Positions 44,820 through 54,165 of a stretch of 64,000 nt of DNA are shown one piece after another. The notes under the pieces are model-generated. The model worked only from the letters and a program-made list of their open reading frames with translations, was not told the origin of the DNA and made no database searches. Origin of the DNA: Phycisphaerae bacterium. GTDB taxonomy: Bacteria; Planctomycetota; Phycisphaerae; UBA1845. The stretch's first letter is position 1; each line of letters begins with the position of its first letter. The DNA lies in assembly GCA_963666835.2 (NCBI GenBank), contig CAXXGO010000006.1, forward strand, positions 224,001 to 288,000, written 5' to 3'. A program made the position numbers and the translations under genes.

Positions 44820-45956
44820 TTATTCGGTGACGGTCAGGTATTCCTCCAGCCGGGTCGCAACGAGGCGGCCACAGTCGTCGTGGGACTTCGGCGCGACGCT
44901 CGTGAAGTCTGCATGGTGATCGTTCTGGAAGTCGACGATGACCCACTCTCCGGCTCGATCGCAAACGACGAAGTGTACGGCCATCACACGTCCGTCGCGC
45001 GGGCTAATCATGTACTCGGCGTAAAGGGCGTAATCGGCATCCGGCGGGGTCTCGCGCACATAGGCGCGAAAGGCGCGGGCCAAGTCCCAGAGGCGACGCT
45101 GTTCATTCCGCCCGCCGGCGAGCTCGAAGACCGGGCGTTCATCTGCCATCGTCGCGGCGGTTAGGTTCTGCTCGGCGACCAGCCCGGCCAGATGGGCGCC
45201 GCTCTCCGCGTCGACCGTTCCGCCAACGAGAACCGGATAGACCGCCAGGGAGGTCTCGGGTCCGCGGTTTCGCATGGCCTTCGCTCGTTGCTCGATGGCG
45301 GCGCGTTCCTCTCGGTCTGGGAGCCGGGATTTCTCGGCCCACATCTTGGCCATCTTCCCTTCGCCGCTGTCGTCTGCGGTGGCTTCACTCAGTGAGAACG
45401 GCGTGTGCAACCGTTTGGCCAACAGCACGCAGCAACTCATCGGGCACTGCGGCTTGACGCGTTTGAAATCGGCATCGCTTGGCGTCTGCCGATCGAGCCA
45501 GACCGCGGCGCCCGTGCGATTGACCAGAACGGCACGTACTTCGTCGACCCCCGTCTTCGGCGCGCCGATATACTCGGCGTAAAGGGCATACTCCGTCTCT
45601 ACCGGGTTCTCGCGGACGAATTGTCCGAACAGCACGGGAGCTTCGTCGAACTCCACGTCTTTGGGCAACTGAAAGACGGCGTCGGTCGTTGTCAGGTTGC
45701 TCATGCCGCTCTTCTCGAGAAGGAGCCCGAGCGCATCGGCGACGTCCTTCATCGGCTGACCGGCCAGGACGATTGGAAACACGGTCAGAGACGCTGCAGC
45801 CCCCTCTGCTTGCACCTTCTCCAAGCGCTCCTGGCGTTCCTTCAGGTCATCCGCTTCCGCCCGAGCGTTTGCCCCGGCGATCAGGATCATCGCAACCCCG
45901 GCGACCATAACCAATCCGCCCACCACACCCGTTATCTGCTTTCGTTTCTTAGTCAT
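44820..45956 (-). CDS. Exported hypothetical protein with two homologous domains
   Basis: N-terminal signal/TM; two copies of a YALYAEY-containing domain. Confidence 0.8.
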   Translation of the reverse strand: MTKKRKQITGVVGGLVMVAGVAMILIAGANARAEADDLKERQERLEKVQAEGAAASLTVFPIVLAGQPMKDVADALGLLLEKSGMSNLTTTDAVFQLPKDVEFDEAPVLFGQFVRENPVETEYALYAEYIGAPKTGVDEVRAVLVNRTGAAVWLDRQTPSDADFKRVKPQCPMSCCVLLAKRLHTPFSLSEATADDSGEGKMAKMWAEKSRLPDREERAAIEQRAKAMRNRGPETSLAVYPVLVGGTVDAESGAHLAGLVAEQNLTAATMADERPVFELAGGRNEQRRLWDLARAFRAYVRETPPDADYALYAEYMISPRDGRVMAVHFVVCDRAGEWVIVDFQNDHHADFTSVAPKSHDDCGRLVATRLEEYLTVTE

Positions 45957-45986
45957 CTCGTTTCTCCTCAAACCTGGTTGGAGCAA

Positions 45987-46006
45987 ACGTAAGTGTTTGC
46001 TTACAA
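45987..46006. promoter_or_regulatory. Putative TetR operator 1
   Basis: ACGTAAGTGTTTGCTTACAA palindrome, matching 46647-46666. Confidence 0.7.
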
Positions 46007-46027
46007 TAACGACAAATAGAAAGGGGA

Positions 46028-46621
46028 TCATTCCCCATTACCTTTCAACAACAGGCGCCCCGTGTCACCGATCAGCCGTCGGCGTTGGGGCGCGGTGATC
46101 AGGCCCAGCTCGCGGCTGATGTTCGCTACGGTGCCGAGCCCAACAACCGCCCAAGCCGCAATTGCCGCCTCCTGCTCCGTTGTGCCGGATTCGGCGCCGC
46201 GATAATCCACGATTTGCTGGCGGATGAACTTGTGGAACCGGCCGTACATTTTACGCAGCGCTCCACGGATCTGTGGATCGTCAATCTCGCTCAAACCCGC
46301 AAAGACCAGCCGATACAGCCCGAACTCTCCGAGATGGTCAGACTCGTAATCGAGCAGACGTTCCGCCGGGCTCGCGGTGGTTTCCCCCTCGCGCAGCAGC
46401 TTCGCCCAGACCTCGGCCGAAAGCTGGTAGACATGTTCGATAGCAGCCACAAACATGGCTTTTTTGTCCGGCCAGAGGCGGTAGAGCACATTTTCGCGAA
46501 CGTCGCACCGTTGCGCCAGCTCCGCGGTAGTGGCTCGCCGATAGCCCAACTCGGCGAACGCCCGCGCGAGAATCGGCAAGAACTGCCCGCGTCGTTCATC
46601 AGATTGGTCAGGCTTGGCCAT
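46028..46621 (-). CDS. TetR/AcrR-family regulator
   Basis: FAELGYRRATTAELAQRCDVRENVLYRLWPDKKAMF HTH. Confidence 0.92.
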   Translation of the reverse strand: MAKPDQSDERRGQFLPILARAFAELGYRRATTAELAQRCDVRENVLYRLWPDKKAMFVAAIEHVYQLSAEVWAKLLREGETTASPAERLLDYESDHLGEFGLYRLVFAGLSEIDDPQIRGALRKMYGRFHKFIRQQIVDYRGAESGTTEQEAAIAAWAVVGLGTVANISRELGLITAPQRRRLIGDTGRLLLKGNGE

Positions 46622-46646
46622 CCGCCACCCATCCGACAAGACCGTT

Positions 46647-46666
46647 ACGTAAGTATCCACTTACAA
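46647..46666. promoter_or_regulatory. Putative TetR operator 2 (autoregulatory)
   Basis: ACGTAAGTATCCACTTACAA palindrome upstream of tetR. Confidence 0.7.
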
Positions 46667-47441
46667 CATACCTTACTGAGGGTCGCTGTCAAACGGTTGG
46701 GCGGCGTTTACACAAGAAGATACGTCCGGGGGACTTGGACAGGTGTTTTCGCAGTATTTTCTTGGGGAATACGGGGGGGGGTACGGGCGACGGCCCTGGG
46801 ATTCCGCCTCAGGGCGCGCGATGTCGCGACCGATAGACTTAAAGCGGGCGTTCTTTTTTCTGCGGGTGGTTCTGCCGCAAGCAGCTCCATCGCGCGGCGC
46901 TACGCAGGCGGCGCCAGGGCGGAAGATGGTTGTGGCAGAGTTGTCGCTCGTGCTATCATGGCTTCGCCAGCGAAGGCGGGGCCATCTGGCCCGAGGACGC
47001 GTGGGTCGGGCAACCGGCGTTACGAACGTCGACCGTCCGGTCGGAAGCGGGTCATTTCAGTAAGACACATGAACGTGAACGGACGCGAGGGCGATGCGAA
47101 GGCCGACGGCGAGACCGGGAGGCCGGCCCGGCAGAAGTAGCTTCGGGGCACCAAGGCCCGGGTAGGAGGACGGATTGAATGAACGGCGCCAACCCTTCTG
47201 CAACAACTCGATGCGAAGCTGCAGCCAACGGGCGCGCGGTGACGGAGGTTATCGCGTTCGCGCAGATAAGCGAATGGCCGGAGAACTCGGCCGGTCGCGC
47301 GCATAGCTTCAACGCGGAAAGTGCGAGAAAGCGCCGGGGAAACCGAGGCTTCGGATCGTCCGGTTCGCGGCGAGAGCAGCGCCGCGGCGACTCCACCGTC
47401 GCAGATCGGAACCATGCGTCCGACAGAGGGAGTGTTGGCCA

Positions 47442-50400
47442 ATGAGAGGCAAGTCCGGAAGAGTCCTGGGGCTTCTTGGAGCTGGACTGGCTGCGATTGC
47501 CGTCGTCGTCTTGTTGGGTTGCCTGGCCCGGACTTACGCCCTCGACCAAGCGGAGCGGCGCGTACGCGATGCGATGCTTGAATGCCGCGCATTCCACCGC
47601 TATGTGCAGGGTGGCATGCACCCGGCATACAAGAAACTCATCGAAGACGGCCGGCTGCCCCAGGGGTTCTTCGCCCCGGAGTTGCTGTCATCGTCGTATA
47701 TCGCGCGGTCGATCCACCGGCACTATAACACGGAACGGCGCGAGGCGGGGTTGCCGGAAGTGCGATACCGTATGGCGACTGTGAACCCACGCAACCCGGT
47801 GAACAAGGCCACCCCCGCAGAACAGGAGCTGATCGCCTGGTTCAATGAAGACCGTGCGCGAAAGAGTTACCGGGAGGTCATCAAGGAGGACGGCCGGGAG
47901 TATTTGCTCTATGCCCAGCCGTTCCTAACTGTCGAGCAGCGCTGCCTGAAGTGCCACGGCAAGCCGGAGGACGCCCCGGCGGAGCTCAGGGAAGCCTACA
48001 ACTGGACCGGGGGGTGGAACCTGAAGGTCGGTGACATAGTGGCGGTTGAGTCCATTCGTTCGCCGTTGGAGGGCGAGTACAACATTGCCATGGTCGTCGT
48101 TGCTGGGCTCGTGGTAATTACCGCCGCCGTGGTGATCTTGTTGATCTTCAACAACCGACTTCGCACCCTCGTCTCCCGGCGGTCGAAGGACCTGCAAGAA
48201 AGCGAAACAAGGTACCGGCTGCTGGCGGACAACTCCGCTGACCTGATATGGACGTGTGCCGGCCGCGAAGACAACTTCCGAATGACGTACATCAACCCGG
48301 CGATCAAGGAGATGCTGGGTTACTCGGTCGAGGAGTTCCTGCAGCTACCGATCGAGGAACGAATGTCGCCTGAGTCACTCGATATCGTGGATGAGGCGAT
48401 AAGCGAGATGACGCGCTCGCGACGGCCGGCGGTCTTCCAGATTCAGCACATTCACAAGAATGGTGAACTCGTCGATTGTGAGCTATGGGCCAGACCTATC
48501 TTGGGCCCGGATGATCAGATTACGGGGTTCCAGGGCAGGACCATTGATATCACCGAGCGCAAGCGAGCGGAACGGGCGCGGCAGGAGGCTGAAACGCGAT
48601 ACCGTGAGCTGTTCAACAACATGGCTAATGGCGTAGCCGTCTACGAACCGACCGCTGACGGCCGGGACTTCATCATTAAGGACATGAACCGAAACGGCGC
48701 GAAGGCGAGCCGCTGCGATAGGGGTGACGTTGTGGGCCGCAGCGTGCTCGAGGCGTTCCCGGGCATCGAAGAGATGGGTCTCTTTGACGTTCTCCAGCGA
48801 GTCTGGCTGACGGGTGAGCCGGAACGTGTCCGCGCGAGCTTGTATCGGGACCAGCATACGCGCGCCTGGTATGACAACCAGGTATACAAGTTGCCCTCGG
48901 GAGACGTCGTTGCCGTCTATGATGATGTCACCGAGCGCAAGCACGCGGAAGAGGCCCTCCGGGAAAGCGAAGAACGGATGGAGCTGGCGCTGCAGGGCGC
49001 GGACTTAGGGACCTGGGATTGGGACGTTCGAACCGGCAAGGTGACGTTCAACGAACGCTGGGCTGCGATGTTGGGTTACACGTTGGATGAAATCGAACCT
49101 CACGTGCGCACGTGGGAGGGAATGGTCCATGCCGATGATCTGCCGCGGGTTCGGGACGAGCTGAACGCGCACCTCGAGGGCAGGACGGATTCCTATGAGG
49201 CCGAGCATCGCGTGCGGCACAAGTCCGGCGATTGGGTCTGGGTGCTGGACAAGGGACGAGTCACCCATCGTGACGACAACGGCAAGCCCCTGCGCGCCTG
49301 TGGGACGCATCTTGATGTCACGGATCGAAAACGCGCGGAACAATCGCTCGTGGAGCAGAACAAGACCCGGAATGCGCTGATCGAGGCCCTGCCCTATCCC
49401 ACCATGTTGATACGCAAGGATAGAACGGTTCTTTTTGCCAATCGCAAGGCTCGTGATTTCGGAGCGACAGTCGGCGGTCTATGCTGGCGTGATTTCGGGC
49501 GCAGCTATTATATCTCCGAGGCAGACAAAGCCTACATCGATGAGCACGGGAACCCACCGCCGAGCGGTACTCATTGCACGTTCTGCCTGGCCGACGAAGC
49601 TCTGGGCACCTCGAAGACCGCGACGGCGCCGGACGTTGCTTTCCTTGGTGGGATCTCGGAGATCAGCTGGGTCCCGATCGACGAGGATACTTATCTGCAC
49701 TTCGCGATGGACATCACCGAACGCAAGCGGGCCGAGGAGACCCTGCGGCTGGGCGAGGCGCGGCTGTCTCTCGCCCTTGACGTAAGCGGGGCGGGCATCT
49801 GGCGCTGGAACATCAAGACCGGCGAGTTAAACCTGGATGACCGTTTCCATGAGATGCTCGGGTACCTCCCGAATGAGCTGCCTGCCAACGTGGAAGACTG
49901 GAAGCGGTGGCATCATCCCGACGAGATCGATTCGGTAATGGCCAAGCGCGAACGTCACTTGCGGGGTGAGACTCCCGTTTACGAGGGTAACCATCGGCTC
50001 CTTCGCAAGAACGGAGACTGGGCCTGGGTCTTCACTCGCGGAAAAGTGGTTAGTTGGGATGCGGACCACAACCCGGAGACGTTCCTCGGAGTCGCGATGG
50101 ACATCACCGAGCGCAAACGCGCCGAGGAAGCCCTGGAGAAACGTGTGCTGGCGCTGACTCAGCCGCTTGAGGACACGGGCACCATTGCATTCGACGACCT
50201 GTTCAATCTGGACGATATCCAGCGTCTGCAGGACAGGTTTGCCGAGGCCACCGGGGTCGCATCGATCATCACCCAAACCGACGGGACGCCCCTCACGAAG
50301 CCAAGCAACTTCACCCGACTCTGCAACGATATCATCCGGGGGACGAAGGAAGGCTGCGCCAACTGCTATAAGTCCGATGCCCAGCTAGGCTGCTTCCGTC

Positions 50401-52700
50401 TCGACGGACCTACTATCGAGCCCTGCCAGAGTGGGGGACTCTGGGACGCCGGCGCCGCAATCACCGTGGGCGGCAAGCACGTTGCCAACTGGCTGATTGG
50501 CCAGGTGCGAAACGAGACTCAAACTGAAGAGAGAATGCGGGAGTACGCCCGAAAGATCGAAGCGGACGAAGAGACCTTCATTGAGGCCTACCGCGAAGTG
50601 CCGGTCATGCCGTACGAGCAGTTCGAGCGGGTCGCCCAGGCGCTGTTCACGATCGCTCGGCAATTGTCCGCTTCCGCCTTTCAGAACGTGCAGCAGGCGC
50701 GCTTCATAACTGAGTGCAAGCGGGCGGAGAACGAACTGGCGTCAACCACGGCGTTTCTCGATACGGTTGTCGATATGAGCCCCTTTGCCATGTGGGTCTC
50801 CGATGAGACGGGGATGATCATCAGAACGAACCGCGCCCTGTGCGAGATCCTGAATCTGGCAAGTGAGGAGATTGTCGGGAAGTACAACGTACTCGAGGAT
50901 CAGAACCTGAACGATGCCGGCTTGATGTCCTTGACGAAGGGGGTGTTCGAGGTGCATCAGCCGATCCGATTCAACATGCCCTGGAAGGCCACCCAGGCCG
51001 GTGATGTCTCGTTCGAAGGAGCGCGGGATCTGTATATCGATGTCTCGATGTTCCCGATTCTCAACGACGCCGGCGAGCTGACCAACGTGGTGTGCCAATG
51101 GGTGGACATCACCGAGCGCAAACGGGCGGAAGAATCGCTGCTGAGCGAGAAGTTGCTTTCCGAAGACTACATCAACAGTCTACCCGGTCTGTTCTATGTG
51201 TTCGATGAGACTAGGTTCGTCAGATGGAATACCCAGTGGGAGACCGTCACCGGCTACACCGCAGAAGAATTGAGCGTCATGTACTGTACGGACTTCTTCG
51301 AAGGAGAAGACCGGAGGATCATTCAGGAGAAAATGCTTGAAGTGTTCCGCGAAGGCGGTGCGGAGGTCGAGGCGGAACTCACTACCAAAGACGGCCGGAG
51401 GATACCCTATCTCTTCACCGGTCTTCGTCGAGAATTCAACGGCAAACCCCATCTGGTAGGCTTTGGATTGGACATCACCGAGCGCAAGCGGATGGAAGAA
51501 GAGCGCGCGGCTCTGGAGGATCAACTCCGCCAGGCGCAGAAGCTGGAAGCGGTGGGGCAACTGGCCGGAGGCGTCGCCCACGACTTCAACAACATCCTGA
51601 CCGCGATCTTCGGCAATACGCAATTGGCGGTCAGTCAGCTCAAATCGGCTTTCCCGGAGGCAACCAAGGCGGTCGAACGCATCGAGCAGGTTCGCGAAAG
51701 TGCCAAGCGAGCGGCGTCATTGACCCGGCAACTGCTCACTTTCAGTCGTCGGCAGGTCATTCAGCCCGAGGTGCTCGACCTTAACCGAATCCTGGCGGAC
51801 CTGGACAAGATGCTGCGGCGATTGATCACCGAGAATGTGACGCTCGAAACCATCGCCGACCCGAACCTGCAATCGGTGCGGGCGGACGCCGGCCAGCTCG
51901 AGCAGGTGGTTGTGAACCTGGTGGTCAACGCGGTCCACGCCATGCCCGATGGCGGCCGGCTCACCCTGGAGACCAAGAACGTCATCCTGGAGGAGGAGTA
52001 TATCGAAAGCCACGCCGAGGCCCGCTCCGGCCCGCACGTGTTGTTGGTGGTCAGCGATACGGGGCACGGTATGGACGCCGCCACCTGCGCACGGATCTTC
52101 GAACCGTTCTATACCACCAAAGCGGTAGACAAAGGCACCGGGCTCGGGCTCGCGACGGTACACGGCATCGTCAAGCAAGCCGGCGGCCATATCGTGGTCT
52201 ACAGCGAACCGGGGCGGGGAACCACGTTCAGAGTCTATCTGCCTGCGATTGACGCGACCCCTGTAGAGCCGGCGCCGGTCTTGGAATCGGAGAAGCCGTC
52301 AACCGGAGCCGAGACGGTTCTACTGTGCGAGGACGACCGCTTCGTACGCGAGCTGGCCGCTCAGTTGCTGCGAAACGCCGGCTATACGGTGATTGCGGTG
52401 GGCAGCGGCAATGAAGGCCTCGAAGCCGCGCGGAATCATACCGGGTCTATCGACCTACTGATAACCGACGTAATCATGCCGGGCATGAACGGCCGGGAGC
52501 TGTCCGAACAACTGGGTGCCGCATTACCTGGTTTGCCGACTCTGTTCATTTCGGGTTACACTTCCAACGTCATCGCCCACCACGGAGTGCTGGACGAAGG
52601 AGTCGAGTTCCTCGAGAAACCGTTTACCCAACAGGGGTTGTTGACCAAAGTCCGCACCGTGCTCGATGCGAAGAAACCGGATGCCAGCTTGAAAGTCTGA
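47442..52700 (+). CDS. Hybrid sensor kinase: heme-c DUF3365 sensor, ~7 PAS, PocR, HisKA/HATPase, REC
   Basis: NPRNPVN...CLKCHG, repeated DITERKRAE, PocR (CYKSD..CQSGGLWDAGAAI), AHDFNN, FEPFYTTK, GTGLGL, LLITDVIMP. Confidence 0.95.
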   Translation: MRGKSGRVLGLLGAGLAAIAVVVLLGCLARTYALDQAERRVRDAMLECRAFHRYVQGGMHPAYKKLIEDGRLPQGFFAPELLSSSYIARSIHRHYNTERREAGLPEVRYRMATVNPRNPVNKATPAEQELIAWFNEDRARKSYREVIKEDGREYLLYAQPFLTVEQRCLKCHGKPEDAPAELREAYNWTGGWNLKVGDIVAVESIRSPLEGEYNIAMVVVAGLVVITAAVVILLIFNNRLRTLVSRRSKDLQESETRYRLLADNSADLIWTCAGREDNFRMTYINPAIKEMLGYSVEEFLQLPIEERMSPESLDIVDEAISEMTRSRRPAVFQIQHIHKNGELVDCELWARPILGPDDQITGFQGRTIDITERKRAERARQEAETRYRELFNNMANGVAVYEPTADGRDFIIKDMNRNGAKASRCDRGDVVGRSVLEAFPGIEEMGLFDVLQRVWLTGEPERVRASLYRDQHTRAWYDNQVYKLPSGDVVAVYDDVTERKHAEEALRESEERMELALQGADLGTWDWDVRTGKVTFNERWAAMLGYTLDEIEPHVRTWEGMVHADDLPRVRDELNAHLEGRTDSYEAEHRVRHKSGDWVWVLDKGRVTHRDDNGKPLRACGTHLDVTDRKRAEQSLVEQNKTRNALIEALPYPTMLIRKDRTVLFANRKARDFGATVGGLCWRDFGRSYYISEADKAYIDEHGNPPPSGTHCTFCLADEALGTSKTATAPDVAFLGGISEISWVPIDEDTYLHFAMDITERKRAEETLRLGEARLSLALDVSGAGIWRWNIKTGELNLDDRFHEMLGYLPNELPANVEDWKRWHHPDEIDSVMAKRERHLRGETPVYEGNHRLLRKNGDWAWVFTRGKVVSWDADHNPETFLGVAMDITERKRAEEALEKRVLALTQPLEDTGTIAFDDLFNLDDIQRLQDRFAEATGVASIITQTDGTPLTKPSNFTRLCNDIIRGTKEGCANCYKSDAQLGCFRLDGPTIEPCQSGGLWDAGAAITVGGKHVANWLIGQVRNETQTEERMREYARKIEADEETFIEAYREVPVMPYEQFERVAQALFTIARQLSASAFQNVQQARFITECKRAENELASTTAFLDTVVDMSPFAMWVSDETGMIIRTNRALCEILNLASEEIVGKYNVLEDQNLNDAGLMSLTKGVFEVHQPIRFNMPWKATQAGDVSFEGARDLYIDVSMFPILNDAGELTNVVCQWVDITERKRAEESLLSEKLLSEDYINSLPGLFYVFDETRFVRWNTQWETVTGYTAEELSVMYCTDFFEGEDRRIIQEKMLEVFREGGAEVEAELTTKDGRRIPYLFTGLRREFNGKPHLVGFGLDITERKRMEEERAALEDQLRQAQKLEAVGQLAGGVAHDFNNILTAIFGNTQLAVSQLKSAFPEATKAVERIEQVRESAKRAASLTRQLLTFSRRQVIQPEVLDLNRILADLDKMLRRLITENVTLETIADPNLQSVRADAGQLEQVVVNLVVNAVHAMPDGGRLTLETKNVILEEEYIESHAEARSGPHVLLVVSDTGHGMDAATCARIFEPFYTTKAVDKGTGLGLATVHGIVKQAGGHIVVYSEPGRGTTFRVYLPAIDATPVEPAPVLESEKPSTGAETVLLCEDDRFVRELAAQLLRNAGYTVIAVGSGNEGLEAARNHTGSIDLLITDVIMPGMNGRELSEQLGAALPGLPTLFISGYTSNVIAHHGVLDEGVEFLEKPFTQQGLLTKVRTVLDAKKPDASLKV

Positions 52701-53001
52701 GCGGTTAGTGCAAGCCCGGACAAGCTTCGGCAGCGCAACCGCTGGAGCATTGGGCGACCTACCAGCTTCGCGCGATGTGCTACTTTGATAGGCTTTATGC
52801 CTCGACCACGTACTACGGAAGCTGCCAATCGCGTAGTATTCGTGCATTCGTCGCGGCTGTTCTAACCTTCGCGGGGTGTTTTGCTGCAGTAAGTAGTGAC
52901 TCCACGTACGCGAGCGGCAGCGGCGCAAGCCGATGACGTCGGTCTCCATCGTCCCGCGGTCTCAACGCACCGCCGGAGGCCTCATTCCACGGCCACAATA
53001 C

Positions 53002-53360
53002 CTACTGTCCAGATAACGGGCCTTGAATCACGCCCACACATGTCGAGTAGCGGTGGCGCAGATCGACCCACAAATGCAGCAATCTGAACGGTGATGGACG
53101 CACCTCACGATCAAAGCTTTGGTCCAGCCGCGTGACACCATGGTCAACCCAACCCCCTGACGCTCTCTCGAGCGCGGGAACCTTGATCTTCTTCGCGTAA
53201 CCGTTCACTTCCTTCAGGATGTCGTTCGCCGACATCGTCTGGACATAGCCGATCATTGCACCTGATTCGGCACCTTCCCCGTACCCCCAGTCAGGATCCA
53301 TGAACCGTTTGACGCCGTTCCGCGTGTAGTTCTCATTCAGAATCCACCCAGGTGATGAGG
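53002..53360 (-). pseudogene. 5'-truncated gene remnant (C-terminal half of a conserved hypothetical, possibly nuclease-fold)
   Basis: Protein-like stretch WILNENYTRNGVKRF..YG..GAMIGYVQ..FRLLHLWVDLR with no credible start; upstream the frame runs into lemA antisense. Confidence 0.5.
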
Positions 53361-53535
53361 GTCTGGGATCCCATCGGGGCTGGGAACACCGCCGACATGT
53401 TTGGTTGGGCACCCGTCTTTCGCTTGACGGTCCACCCCGTTGCCGGGATACTCGTTTTGGCCGTTTTAGAGGGGGCGAAGCGCCGGCGGTGGGCTTCGTT
53501 CGTTGGATTGGGTCGATGGCTCTGGGAGACGGACC

Positions 53536-54141
53536 ATGTCGTCGTTGTTGATCGCACTCATTGTTGTGGCGGTTCTGGCGGTGCTGTTCGGCGGCACGGC
53601 CGTGAGCATGTTCAACAAGCTCGTCACGTACAAAAACCGTTACCAGAACGCCTTCGCCCAGATCGAAGTGCAGTTGAAGCGCCGGTACGACCTGATCCCC
53701 AACCTGGTCGAGACGGCCAAGGCCTATATGGAGCATGAGCGCGGCACGCTGGAGGCGGTTATTGCCGCCAGGAACCAGGCGGCGAGCGGGCTGGAGAAGG
53801 CGGCTTCCGACCCGAGCAACGCCGGGGCGATGAAGGCGCTGATGGGAGCCGAAGGGGCGCTAACCGGCGCGATGGGCCGACTGTTCGCGGTCATGGAAGC
53901 CTACCCGGACCTCAAAGCCAATCAGAACATGCAGCAACTCAACGAGGAGCTGACCTCGACGGAGAACAAAGTCGCCTTTGCCCGACAGGCGTTCAACGAC
54001 GCGGTCACGTTCTACAACACTTACAAGCAGACGTTCCCGCCGGTGCTCTTCGCGGGCATCTTCGGGCACAGTCAGGACGCCACTCTGCTCGAGTTCGACA
54101 GCGAAGCGATTGCGGAGGCTCCGAAAGTGTCCTTCAGTTGA
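53536..54141 (+). CDS. lemA: LemA family protein
   Basis: IEVQLKRRYDLIPNLVE, EAYPDLKAN, ENKVAFARQAFND, FPPVL. Confidence 0.95.
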   Translation: MSSLLIALIVVAVLAVLFGGTAVSMFNKLVTYKNRYQNAFAQIEVQLKRRYDLIPNLVETAKAYMEHERGTLEAVIAARNQAASGLEKAASDPSNAGAMKALMGAEGALTGAMGRLFAVMEAYPDLKANQNMQQLNEELTSTENKVAFARQAFNDAVTFYNTYKQTFPPVLFAGIFGHSQDATLLEFDSEAIAEAPKVSFS

Positions 54142-54165
54142 CACCAGCTCGCTTGAGACTCCGAC

